Source of the DNA: Camelus ferus
Lineage: Eukaryota
Assembly (NCBI RefSeq): GCF_009834535.1
Contig: NC_045696.1
Coordinates: forward strand, 62,622,001-62,686,000
DNA: 64,000 nucleotides
Direction: 5' to 3'
The position numbers and the translations under genes are program-made. Below, piece by piece: positions 23,221 through 35,024 of this stretch. The notes beneath the pieces are model-generated. The model was not told the origin of the DNA, ran no database searches, and saw only the letters and a program-made list of their open reading frames with translations. Position 1 is the first letter of the stretch. Each line of letters begins with the position of its first letter.

Positions 23221-24389
23221 GGCTTGGGTTTCTCCGGACTCCACACCTGGACGACCTGGACGGGCCCTTCCTGGTCCGAGGGTCTGTGGACCTTTCCGAG
23301 ATCCTGCTGAGCTCCTCCCCAGTGCCGTGGGGCCCCTGTCCATCCTGCGTTCTTCTGAGCACTTGGTGTAGGCTCCTTTTTCTTGGTGTGAGTCCAGCTG
23401 CCTCTGTGACAGGAGGTGGAAACTTGGGGGCAGCTTTGGGAATTGGAAAAGGAGGGAAGCTCTGAGGACAGGCTCGAGCAGTTTCCTAGTGCCACTGTGA
23501 GCTTTCTGATCATGCCGAGACTTGGACCAGTCTTCCCCAGCGTTTTCTGGATCTCTGTAGATGAGGGCAGAGAGGAGGGTGCCACCAGCTGCAGGTGGGG
23601 TGCCTTTGTGTGGGAGGCACGGGGCCTGGCTTGGGGGCTGGCTCCCCTAGGGACTGGCCGTGGGAGAGCCCCGCCCCCTTGCTGGGCCTCACTTTCCCTC
23701 CCTGACACTTGAAGGGTTGAATCAGTGACTTGTACAGCCTCTTGGCTCTGCCCATGCTGCTCACCCACTTTGGCTTTTGCAGTTAGCAAGAGGGTCTCCC
23801 CTTTCCTAGCCACGGCTGCTAGGCCTGAGCCTCGGGCAGCTGGCAGGTTGGGGTGGAGGCTGGGAGGCTACCTTGCAGGGAAGCAGAGGCCTGGCGCTGC
23901 CCAGGGACCTGGCTGTCCCCTCAGTGGCGTGATCTGTGCTCCTCTACAGCAGGAGGGAAGGGCCTCAGATCCCAGAGGCTTAAGGCCAACACAGATTAAT
24001 GCTGAAGGAGGGGAAGCCAAGAGCCGCTCATGAAAGCCAGAGGCAAAGGAGCACTGCTTTCTTTCTAAGGCCGGGGGAGCCCATGCGGTATTGCTGCTTG
24101 AAACCTTCAAGGAGCCAATAGTTACTGTGTGCCTGAGAGGTGCCCTCACTGTCCTGGACATTGAGACTGCATTGGGTGTATCCGTGAACAGAGGAGTGGT
24201 CGGAACTCCTGTCCTGGTGGAGCTTGGCTTCTGGCAGGGAGAGGAGTAAATGAGCCAGTAACACTTGTCTGCTGCCTGTGACACCATGAGGTAGGGACTC
24301 AAAGAGGGTTAGGGTTCATTCCATCTCTTTGCTGTTCCTTGAGAAGCGAAGAGTGCATTGTACCTCATCCTTGGAGGTAAGTTAGGATG

Positions 24390-24730
24390 TCAGTAGGATG
24401 AGAGGTGGGGTGTGGGGCGGGCTTGGTCCTTAGTTGGGTGGACAGGGGCCACTACACTGAGAAGGTGGGGTTGGAGCAGAGGCCTTGAGGAGCAGAGGAC
24501 CTGGCCAGGCAGCTCCTGAGGAAGAGCATTTGGGTGGCAGGATGGGTGGTGGGTGCCTGGCATGTTTGAGGAGCAGCAGAGGGGCTGTGGAGGGAAGATG
24601 GCAGGCCTAGAGGGAGGAGGGCAGGTCTGGGCCAGTCCCAGTGAGGGTCTTGGTTTTGATGGAGTGTTGGGAAGGGCCACTTCTGGGTGTCGAGCAGAGA
24701 GGGGTCTCCCTGGCTGCTGTGTGAAGGACT
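24390..24730 (-). mobile_element. Degenerate L2 fragment
   Basis: ggaagagcattt...ggcatgtttgaggagcagcagagg...gttgggaagggccact. Confidence 0.45.
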
Positions 24731-27584
24731 GAATGATGGGGAGCCCCATCAGGAGGCCCGCATCCTGGCCCAGGGGAGGGAGGATACTGGCCTGAGCAGG
24801 TGGAAGATCGGGGGCTGGGGAGAAGTGGGGGGATGCTGGGCCCCTCCCGGAGAAGGGTTTTCTGCTCTGGAGTTTGTTCAGATATGGGCCTCTGGCCTCA
24901 AGAGGCTGTAAACATGTACCTCTTTGATGGAACTGGGGTTGTAGTGCACACTCGGCGGGGCTCTGCCCCTTGGCGAGGGTACACAATAGGAAAAGTCTAG
25001 CAGAGGCAGTCCATGGAGGTTGTCTGTGTGCTGCAGTCAGGCCTGGGCTCAAGGCTGGGCCTCGGCCATCCACATGTCACCTGGCACCGGCAGCTCCACC
25101 TCTGCAAGGGACCGTGGACACCTCCTGCGTAAAGGGCCCGGTGTGGGCGAGGATCGTGAGCTCATGGTTGTGCACGTTGCTGCCTGACCTACATTTCGTT
25201 TCTTTGTGGTCCTGCCACGAGCAGGCGCCAGTGCCTGGTGTGCAGGGCTCAGAGCAGTGCTGGGAGTGGGACGTGGCTGGGGGGACTGTCCTGGCTTGAA
25301 GTTACAGGCAGGAGTTAGCAGCCAGGCTGCAGACGGGGAGTCAGGAGATCTAGTCCTGACGTCAGCACGTGTGACCTTGGGGAAGGCAGGGACTCAGCCT
25401 GTGGACACCTGCTGGCTTCCGGTGCTATGCTCTGCATTTTAAACACATCGTCTCAGCCTCAGAGGAGGCAATAGACGCGAGCGGTGTCCCCAGCGTCCAG
25501 CCATTGACCGTTTCCTTCACGGTTTTTGCCAGTATCCTGGAGCTGCCTGCGGCTTTGGCTGCTTCATTCATATGTTAAACTGACTCACCTTTTTTTCTCC
25601 CCTCTTAGCCTCTCCTTAGGGAATATCTTTGAAATCATAGTTCTAAAATGTTTTTACTAATTTTTCTACTGTTTTACATTTCAAAAGAAGTCCATGAGTA
25701 TCAAACTAAAGTGGTTGGTCTGTGTGCCTCTTAGAAGTCCCTTCTGTACCCATCCGGAGGTGTGTACCCCATCTCGGGCGCACTGGACGAGGGGTTTCAG
25801 GAAATGTAGGAGTGCAGGTGGCACTGTCCTGGAGTCCAGCCGGTCTGAGCTCAGCGGGGTGAGCTGGGGCCATGGGTTCCCTGCCTGGGCGCCTGCTGCA
25901 TCCCTGTCCCTGAGAGCCAGGAGGGGAAGGGGTTAGTGTGGATGGAGGAGGGGCTGTGGGAGGCCTGGCTGAGGCCACCTTCCTGCCTGCGCCAATGGAA
26001 GCAGAAGCTGGCTACATGCGTCCTTGTGGGTGTCACTTGTGTAAAACTGCAGTGTTCTCCGGGAGGTCCTTGGCCGTGGGAGATGACCACACAGAAAAGA
26101 ACAAGTCAAGAAACGTGGTGAAGAAGCCCTGACAGACCCGCAGCCGCGCGGCTTCTTGGTGGGTCAGGGGTCTGGGACCCGCACCCTAAGGCTCACAGGG
26201 AAGTCCTGATACTGCAGGGTCAGTGCTCCCCTCCCACCTCTTCCCCTCTCCTTGCTTTCCTTCATCTCATACCTTTTCTTATCTTTTGCAGTGGAAAACA
26301 TTATTTTGCAGAAAACTGGCTCCTACTGTCAGGAAAATTCAGTATGAAATGTAAACAACCAGAACCTCATTATTTTATAAAAGAGGTAAATTAACGATTG
26401 ATTATACCCACTATGTACAGATTATTTGAGATCACTAAATGGACTCCTGAGTGAGTGCTGGGGAAGGTCGGGGGTGACTGGAGCACTTGTTTTGAAGAAT
26501 GACAGCTCAGCACAGAGGGCTGGGCGCTGGGAGCCGGAGGCGGGGCAGCAGGGGGCGGTGCTGGCCGTGGGGCCGCGGGCCTTGGGTGGAGTGCGCTGTG
26601 GAGATGGTAGATTTATGCTCCTGGAACCCAACAGCTGTGTTATGAATACCTGGAAGGGCCCGTGGCCCTGTGGTGGCACCATTAGCTGGTCACGGACACA
26701 TGCAGGCTCCGGAAGGTGGCACAGATCTTTGTGGTTCATTCCTGTTCAGCCCTGGGGTGGGGGTGTCTGGGCCCATTTCTTTGTCTCTCTCCACTCTTCT
26801 CAGCGTGTTTGTCTTTCTTCGGGTCCCTCCTCACCCTCCAAGGGCATGCTCTGTGCCAGTGATTTGCCATAGTTCCTGTTGGTCATCCTAGAAATTCACC
26901 TGGAGGGCCCAGGTGTTTGCAGTTCTCAGAGCGGAGCTCCTACAAGACGGACCAGCCTTTGTCTTGCTTATTCTTCTACGTATGATTTCTCTACCTTGCT
27001 GTGCTGGCAAGGTCTTCATCTCTTTACCTGCTTGCCCAAGACACTCCCACTCCTGGAGGTGAGGAGGACGAGGACAGGGCAAGGGGGACACAAAGTTGGT
27101 GCAGCCGACGGGCACAAAGAGGGCTCCGGGCCCAGTTCCCGAGCCCGTGGCCTCCTCTCCTCCAGACACGAGGGCCTGCTCTTCCTTGATTCCTTGTTCG
27201 GGGCTCCTGAGTCAGCAAAGAATTGACGTCTCAGAGGGAAAAGGATTTCTCGTTGCCACTTATCCTCTCTCCGTTACAGGCAGGAAAATGAAACATGGTG
27301 GCCTCCTGAGTGGGGGCAGAGGGAGGAGATGGAGAGAACCACCTGCTCCTGTGTGAGATTGTGTGGTCCCCTCCCCCGCCCCTCGCCCATGGGCCAACAC
27401 CCGCAGCTCCTTCCTCTACTGCTCACCTTTTGCACCTTGTCGTCTCCTTTGACTTTGGACTCGCTCTGGGGGTTGCCCGAGGCCCTGCTGCAGTGTGGGA
27501 CCCAGAGCTGAGGCAGTCTGACTGGCACTGAGTCAAGTGGGGCCTTCTGTCACCCCCCTTCTCAATGAGTCTGGGGGCCCACGT

Positions 27585-27735
27585 GCAGGAGAAACACATG
27601 GGGTGGCTTTTTAATGAGGAGTCCTGAGCCTCACCCCAGACTCTGACTCAATGTCTGGGGTCAGGACCCAGGAGTCTGTATTTTTACCTGAACCCCTGGC
27701 AAAGGCCTGCACACACTGAGGGTGGGGAACCTCAG
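27585..27735. mobile_element. MER5-like fragment
   Basis: cctcaccccagactctgactca...tctggggtcaggacccaggagtctgtattttta. Confidence 0.5.
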
Positions 27736-28984
27736 ATCCAGACCCCGCTCCTGGCCGAGTGACTGGAGCTCGCAGGCTTGTGGGACACTTGCCGGACACA
27801 CGCCCCCTGTTGAGGTTGTTCGGCCCTTAGTCACCCACAGGTGCCAGGCCTGTCCCTCTTATGTTCTGTGTCCTCCTGGTCCTAGTCCCAGTCATATTGA
27901 GGTTTTGGAGAACTAGAATGCATCCCACCTCTGCTGAAATACTGTGAGTCTTGTAGGGGTCCCAGCACGTTAACTGCACGTCCCCTTATCTGGGCACGAC
28001 TGTGGCACAGTGTGAGGTAGACATGGGGGCATGGCCTGCACAGGGACGTTCTGTTGTGAGGATGATGGGAGGGGCTGTAGCTTTTGAGCTGCTGGTAAAC
28101 TGGGTCACGAGAATGGGGTTGGAAATTACTTTGGAATTAGATGGGCAGGCTTCTTTTTTCCTCTTCAGCTGCTTTGTGGTTCTGCCTGACAAGATCAAAT
28201 CATATCTAGGACATCTTGCAGAGGATAAAGAACAAGATAAGTCACTTGCAGAGAGGGGCAACCTGCAGGTTTATATTTTTCTTTCCTCATAAAACTGCAC
28301 ATCAGTTATAATTTTTAGTCTTTTCATTTAAAACCAACGAATTCGCAGCATTTTTCACTTACACTGGGAGATCTTTGTTTTCAAAGGGGGCTAAAGTTAT
28401 TGGAGGGGGACAGCATGCAGCTGCTGGTAACTGATGGTGTTTTTAGGACTTGATAGTGATTTTAAAAAAAGAGGGATCAATATACCTGTCTGTTGCTCCA
28501 CCTGTCTTTCGATCGGACATCTGTCTGTATTTCCTTAGTCCAGGAAAACTTCATTTAAGGAGGTACCTTTGATATCATTTCTGACGTAAAATGTAAAAAT
28601 AGGGCATTGTTATTCTGAAGCAGCTTGCAGGTTGGGTACAAAATGTCCTCGGCAACAGCTCTCCTTCTGACAAGGTGAGACGTTGCGGCCCAGCCCCGGG
28701 GGAACATTCTAACAAGCAGGTTAAGGGTGAGCAGAAGACCCATATTCCTGAAGTGTAGAGTAAGGCCCACGTGGAAGACATTCCTCTCCTTTGAGGAAGG
28801 GCCAGGATGGCGGTGGGGAAGCACATGCCTCACCCCGGGGAGGTGCTGGGGTGAGGAAGGAGCCTCTGAGGTCTCAGGTCCTGCAGGGACACCGCTCTGT
28901 GTGCTGGGGCAGGTTGTCACGTCACATGCTCCTCTCTGGGTGCTTTTATCTTCATAGCTCATTCTTGTGCTCGTTCTTTCCGAC

Positions 28985-29390
28985 AGCAAGCATTTGCTCA
29001 GCTTCTACTGCACCTGAAGCGCTTTGCCAAGAGCTGGGTGCATGGCAGTGAGCAAGGAAGACAAGGTGCCCCCTTTGTGCTGCCTCACAGGCTGGTTGGG
29101 GCCTGCAGAGAGACAGGCATTAAATGACTTAAGATTAAACACTTAATATCAGGTGGTGATAAATGCTATGGAGAAAATAAATCTGGTAATTGCATAGCCA
29201 GGACTGGGGGGAGTAGCTACTTTTTTCATCAGGGAAGATCACAGGGGGTGACATTTGAACTGGCACCTGAAGGGCTAGAAAGATCCAGGCATGTGACGAT
29301 TCTGGGGGAGAGTGTTTTGAACAGAGGGAGCCGCTGGTGCAAAGGCCCTGAGGTGAACGTGTGTTTGGGGGATTGAAAGACTGCCAGTCT
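28985..29390 (-). mobile_element. L2 3' end
   Basis: cagtgagcaaggaagacaaggtgccccc...tcaggtggtgataaatgctatggagaaaataaa...gtgacatttgaactgg...tgcaaaggccctgaggtg. Confidence 0.8.
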
Positions 29391-32289
29391 GTTGGCAGAT
29401 CTATCTTTCTGTCATAAAAATAGGCCTTCACATTCATAGTACATGTCAATGAGAAAACAAACCCCTTTTCCAGGAAATCACTTTTCCTACAGCTCTTGTT
29501 GGAATCAATGACGGAGATCACACAAATGAGGAATGCATTTGTGGGGCCTGACTAGCCTGTGGTGGGGCGTACTGGGTCCCCTCCTAGTCAGAGCCAGGCA
29601 GCTCCGATTATGGCCTTACTGTATCTTGGGGTGTTTATTACAGGACATATTCTTTTATCAAATCTAGGTATTCTTGCATGGGAAAGGCATTCTGGCTATA
29701 TTGGGAGGGGGTGATGATGTTAACTGTCCTTTGTTGAGCTCCTGCTACATTCCTCATAAAATCCTGTGAGACAGGCACCTTGATTTTTCCCATTATATAG
29801 GCGATGTAGTTTATTGACCAGGGTTGCCAGGTGATGAAGTGGTGACTTAGCATCTGAACCCAGACCTGCCCACGCCAGCCTGGCCTTGCCTCTCTGGAGG
29901 TCCCGACTGCCCAGCACAGGTGTGATTCCAGCCAGAGCTGGTGTCCACAGAGTGGGGTGATGACTTCATGGGGCGAGTGAGCCAGCCCGCGGGTGGACGT
30001 TGCCACGGGCACTTTCTTGCCGAGTCCAGATGTTGTCCTACCCAGGGCTCCAGGCAGCCCCTTGGGAAAAGCAGAGACCTGTTTGCTGTTCCTGTGGTAC
30101 GTGGATTCCGACACATGGTGGGGTGCACCTGGGGGGTTCGATCTGTGTAGGCTTCCCAGAGCCTTGTGCTGTCACTCTTCTCTCCCACAGCTCTCCCGGA
30201 GACAGCCTCTGGTTGAGCGCAGGGACGCCATGTGGCCGTCCCAAGGCACTGGTCTGCGGCTGGAGGAGCTGCTGTTTTCAAGCAGGCCTGGGTGTTTCCT
30301 GGAAAACCGGTGTCTCCCTGTGCACAGGGCCAGCCCCACCACCTCCCTTCTTGGCTCCAAGAGCATCGTGTGAGCTGACTCCCAGTGGGCATGCCAAGTG
30401 ATAAATGAGTTTTCTCCACCAAGTTAGCTAAGGTTTGGCGTGGCTTAGGTCCCCAGTGGATGTTTATTGGAGCAGTGGTCTGGCTGTTCGGACCTATCCG
30501 TGCCAGCGAGCTGGGGCCAGACGCCTGCCCCTGCCTGGCACCAGGCTTTGCTGTTCTGGGTGCTTTGGCTTCCCCAGCCTGGAAGTGTCGAGAATGTGCT
30601 GTGCCTGGTGGATACGAGGCAGGCTTCCCCTCTCCCCGCATCCCCACACTCTCCTTTTCAAGAGAGAGGAGCCCTCCGAGTCTGTCATTGTGCACAGTGC
30701 TCTCTCAGTTATTTTGAACAACAAAGGACAGCTCGCGACCACTTAGCCTGAAACAGCTTCAGTCATTCCTGAATTTACAATGCTAGAATTTTCTTGACAG
30801 AATTCACTACAGATAAAAGGAGGTAAAAGCCACTGTTCCTGGGATTTTGATCTCGTAATTACTAAGTGTGGACTATTGATATGTGAGCCTTTTAAAGTGG
30901 CTACAAATGTCTGATTATAGGCTGATGAGAAAACCAACTGCCTTAATGATATGAATGTGGGTTCTTGTGGGTTAGGATAGATACCATTTCCAGTGACAAC
31001 CTCCTACACAAATTTATGAGGAGCTGTGTCTAGAACATCTCAAATGGATGAGGAGGGTGATACGTTCTGGAAAACTGCTCTGAATGACTCCACTTGCCTC
31101 TGGGGTTGATAAGGACATTAATGTTTAAAAGGATGCCCATGAAGGGTCTGAAAAAGAAGTCATTCTGTAAGTGGGTGGGGGGACATAATAATGAATGGAA
31201 TTTTTAATTTAAAATATATGAAGATAATTAATAAAAGTTACAAATAATGGTTTGGCTTTTTAAGCTTCATCCCTAAAAAAATATATATAGTCAAACTGGT
31301 GTAAACCATTCTTTTGATTGCCTCAGCAGTCAGTTGCCCTCAATATGGGAGTCACCTTGAAGGCCTGGGTTTCCAGGGTACGTGGTACTCCTTCCTGTAG
31401 CCCCTGAGGTGGGAGATTTGCAAAGGGAGAGCTACAGAGGGAGGGGTGGCATGTTCCCTGCCCCCTCCCTCTCTTTTTCTCTCTTTTCATCACTCTTACT
31501 TGGCTTCCTCTGCCAAGCACTAAACCCTGGGCTGGGCTGGGGGCTTCAGCGAGCGCCAGTCTCCAACCCTGCCCTCAGGAGACTGCAGTTTGCACACGTG
31601 TTGTAGACGCTGGCAGGCCGGGGTGTTTTGATTCACCCTTGCAGCGTCTGTGGTTTGCTTCTTGCTGCAGAAAGTGTATTCCATGGAACGTATTAATTTA
31701 TCTCTAAGTAGATTTATTACATGAAATATTCATCAGAGTGGGCGCCATGGTACAGGGCTTGGAACAACATACCTAGTACAGTTTGTCCTCATAAATCTAT
31801 TAATGCTGATGGATGTAATTGTCTCCTGTGAAGCTTCGGGGTGAGATGAGGGCCCGGGGAGGGGAAGAAGCTGGCCGCTGCTCTGCAGCTTGGCTGCGGC
31901 AGGCCCTGCTCTGAGTGTGTGTGTGTGGTTATACGTATCCATTTTTTCTCTTTCTTTTTAATGAATGCAGAGGCTTTCATTTCTGAGAGCCCTCTTGTCA
32001 GCTTCCAGCTTCTTGTCAAATTCTAGCTTCCAGAAGCATTTGGAGATGTAATGAGGCTCAGAGGGAAAAGCTAGCTCATGAGTGATCTGTGATCAGTGAG
32101 CAGAGGGCATTCAGGGGACCGAGGAGGGAGTGGGGGGCAGGATGCTAACACTTAGGAATAACCCCCGAGCTAGGTATTTTATCTACTTCTCCCAGGTGCT
32201 CCTAACAGCCACCTGGGAGGCAGGTGTCATCATTCCTGTGTTATCCACGTAGAAGCTGAGGCTCAGAGAGGTCTAGTAACTTGTGCGAA

Positions 32290-33000
32290 ATGCAGTTTGT
32301 TTAGTTCAATGAGGCTATCCTAATGGCCTGGGGCTGGGCACAGGACACAGAGCAGTCACAGCCTCTGCCCTCCTGGAGGGCCCCATCCAGCAGATGGCAG
32401 TAACAGGACCTGCAGAGGAATCAGGTGGGGAAGTGGAGCCTCCCTCCTTGTGACACAGGGGGCACAGGACGGCGTGACGAACTGTAGGAGACTGTAGGAA
32501 GGCTGGAGTTGGTGTCTGAGCAAAGTTGGAAGCCTGGATGGGTGTTTTCCAGGCAGACGGGGCCTGGCAGAGGGGGTTTCAGATGGTGTGACGAGCAGGT
32601 ACAAATACCTAAGGACGCAGGGCGCCAAGGCATGGCAGGCAGGGTGGGGACTGCCTGGTTCAGCTCTGCTCAATCCCCAGGGGAGGGGAGGGCGGAGGGG
32701 TAGCCAGAGCCACAAGTGCAGGGCCTTGCAGGGCATTTGGACTGTAACCCAAGGCACTGAGGAGCCACTGGACGTTTTGAAGCCAAGGAGAGAGAGAAGT
32801 GAATTTGTATATTTGGAAAATTACTCCAGGGACACAACCGAGGCTGGCTTGGAGGGAGGCAAGGCAGGAGGTGGGGAAGCCTGTGGGGTTTGTGATGCCC
32901 GTGCGGCCAGGATGTCAGTGAGCAAAGCATGTGGGGTGCAGGAGGTGAAAGGTGTAATTTCGTATCTGTGCTGGGAAACAGCAGAACTGGTCAGGATGCC
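32290..33000 (-). mobile_element. Degenerate L2 fragments
   Basis: cctctgccctcctggag...ggagttggtgtctgagcaaagttggaag...ggagccactggacgttttgaagc. Confidence 0.5.
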
Positions 33001-33974
33001 CCACCCCAGGTTGAGAGGTCACAAAAAAGGAAAAGTCAAAGAGAAAAAGCAGTCAGAAAAAGGATAAAGGAAAATAGGACATTAGAAGAGAAATGTTAAA
33101 TTGTAAAAAGACTTTTATGAAGAGATAAAAAAAATTTAAAGAGTTACAGTTAAGGAATGATGAGGACTAACACAATATACAGTTCTTTTTTTAAGTTTAA
33201 TAGTGTTTTAGAAATTTAAGTGGATCTGAGAATAAAAGCAAACACTTAAGTGGGTTAAGACAAAAACGGGTTTCTGGCCAAAAGCAGAATGTAAGGTAGG
33301 GAAGAGCAGACAGGGCGGCTGGCCGCTGAAGGGCCAAGAGGTGATGATTCCTGCCGTCTGAGGACCCCCAGCTCTGGGAGTGCATGCTGGTTGGTGACAC
33401 TGTGGGGTGGGGCCTGGGAGAGACCTGGGCAGAATCGAGGGAAAGGTGGGAGGAAGTGACAAAACAGAGCCTCTCTGCTTTGGGACTTCTGCAGGTGGGG
33501 CCACTGACAGTGTAGGGGCTTCGCGTGGCCCCCTTGCACCGTGGGCACCCTGTCCAGGCAGGTTCTTGGCCCTGGAGTTGGGGTGGTGGTGGCTGATCGC
33601 ACGTGGCCACATCACAGGCTCGTCCTGTCCTGGTAGCCACCAGGGAAGGGTAGGTGGAAGGTCATCAGCAGGTCTCTTGTGAGGGTCGGAGGAAGGACAT
33701 CAGGGCTTCCGGCCTGAGTGCAATTATTGAGCGCCTCTTGTGTGCAGTGGAGTGTGCTAGATGTTGTGGGGCACATAACAGGGAAAACTTACAAGCTGTA
33801 TGTGAGCAGAGCCATGGCGATTTGGTATCTTGTACAAGGCTGGGGCTCCTTGTGGGATGGGCTTATAACCTGGAGGAATGTCAAGCAAGGAACCCATTAG
33901 GGGCTCTTGTCTCCTCTAATTGCTGGTCGTGCTGCTGTTCCTCTCCACTGGTAGCTGTGAAGGAAAGAGGAAGC

Positions 33975-34200
33975 ACGCACAGTGGAAGGAGCATGGGACT
34001 TGGAGTCAGAGACCAGGGTTCAAGTTCTGAGTCTGCCACGTATTAGCTATGTGACCTTGGGCACTGTAACCTCTCTGAGCACCCGCTTTCTCATTTGTAA
34101 TTTGGAGCCATAATCATGATGTCTGCCTGCTGAAGCCCAGGTTGTCATGGGGATCTATGTGTATGTGAGAGTGTTCCATAAACTGCAGAGCTCTGTTCAG
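33975..34200 (+). mobile_element. MIR SINE
   Basis: cagtggaaggagcatgggacttggagtcagagaccagggttcaagttctgagtctgccac...gtgaccttgggc...ttttctcatttgtaa. Confidence 0.85.
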
Positions 34201-34876
34201 CAGCTGGTGACATCTCTAGACTCTTGAGTATTTTAAGGAAAGTGGTGCCTCGTTATTCCTTATACCTCTCCCAGCACCTTCACAGTGTCTGAGACACTCC
34301 AGAGATGCTAGTTGAGTCAATGGACGAGTCTACTGCAGCACCAGGCATTTTCCGCGTCCCCTTTTCTAGTGGCCAGACCCTGTCACTGTCACACTGTTGG
34401 AGGAGGGAGGTGGAGCCTGTGGAACATGTGTAGTAGCCTCTGGGCGATGTTGGGGCCAGCGCTGCCGGCCTCCCAGACTTGCTGAGCATCCTGACTTCAG
34501 GACCAGACCCTTTAACCTGGTTTCCAGTCACTGGGCTTAGAGCCAACTTCAGGGTGGCCCGGTTTGAAGTTCAGAAGCAGAAGGAAGACTAGGGACTGCT
34601 CCCATTCCCTGTCCTGGCTCCCCCTGCCCCTTCTACTACACCCCACATGCCTGCCTGCACCCCCTCACTTGCGGCATCCCCGTCCCCATAGCCAGCCTCC
34701 ACTGACTCCCCACTGCTTCCCCATTTCCTTAGCTCTTAGGGATTCCAAGTCCCATGCTCGTGGGGCCCCCCGCTCATGTGGCCTGGAGAGGCAGTGTCTG
34801 TCCCTTCTGCGGCACACGTGTGCTGGGTGCCCGGTGGGGTGTGCTCACTCTTGCCACTTCCCACGCCCTCCTGCAG

Positions 34877-35024
34877 GTCGTCTTCCACGACGTCGGCGTG
34901 CTGACAGACAGGCTCTTCCCCGTCGTGGAGGCCATGCAGAAGCACTTCAGTGCCGGCTCTGGGACCTACTACAGCGACTCCATCTTCTTTCTCTCGGTCG
35001 CCATGCATCAGATCATGCCCAAAG
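34877..35024 (+). CDS. XXYLT1: XXYLT1 coding exon 2 (148 nt)
   Basis: Acceptor ccctcctgcAG| and donor AAG|GTAACC (GT at 35025). Translates VVFHDVGVLTDRLFPVVEAMQKHFSAGSGTYYSDSIFFLSVAMHQIMPK plus 1 nt, continuing the XXYLT1 sequence. Confidence 0.97.

Larger units (their letters stand above)
5976..34876 (+). other. XXYLT1: XXYLT1 intron 1 (28,901 bp, GT-AG, phase 0)
   Basis: GT at 5976; pyrimidine tract and CAG ending at 34876. Joining gives in-frame ...FKCK|VVFHDV.... Confidence 0.93.
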
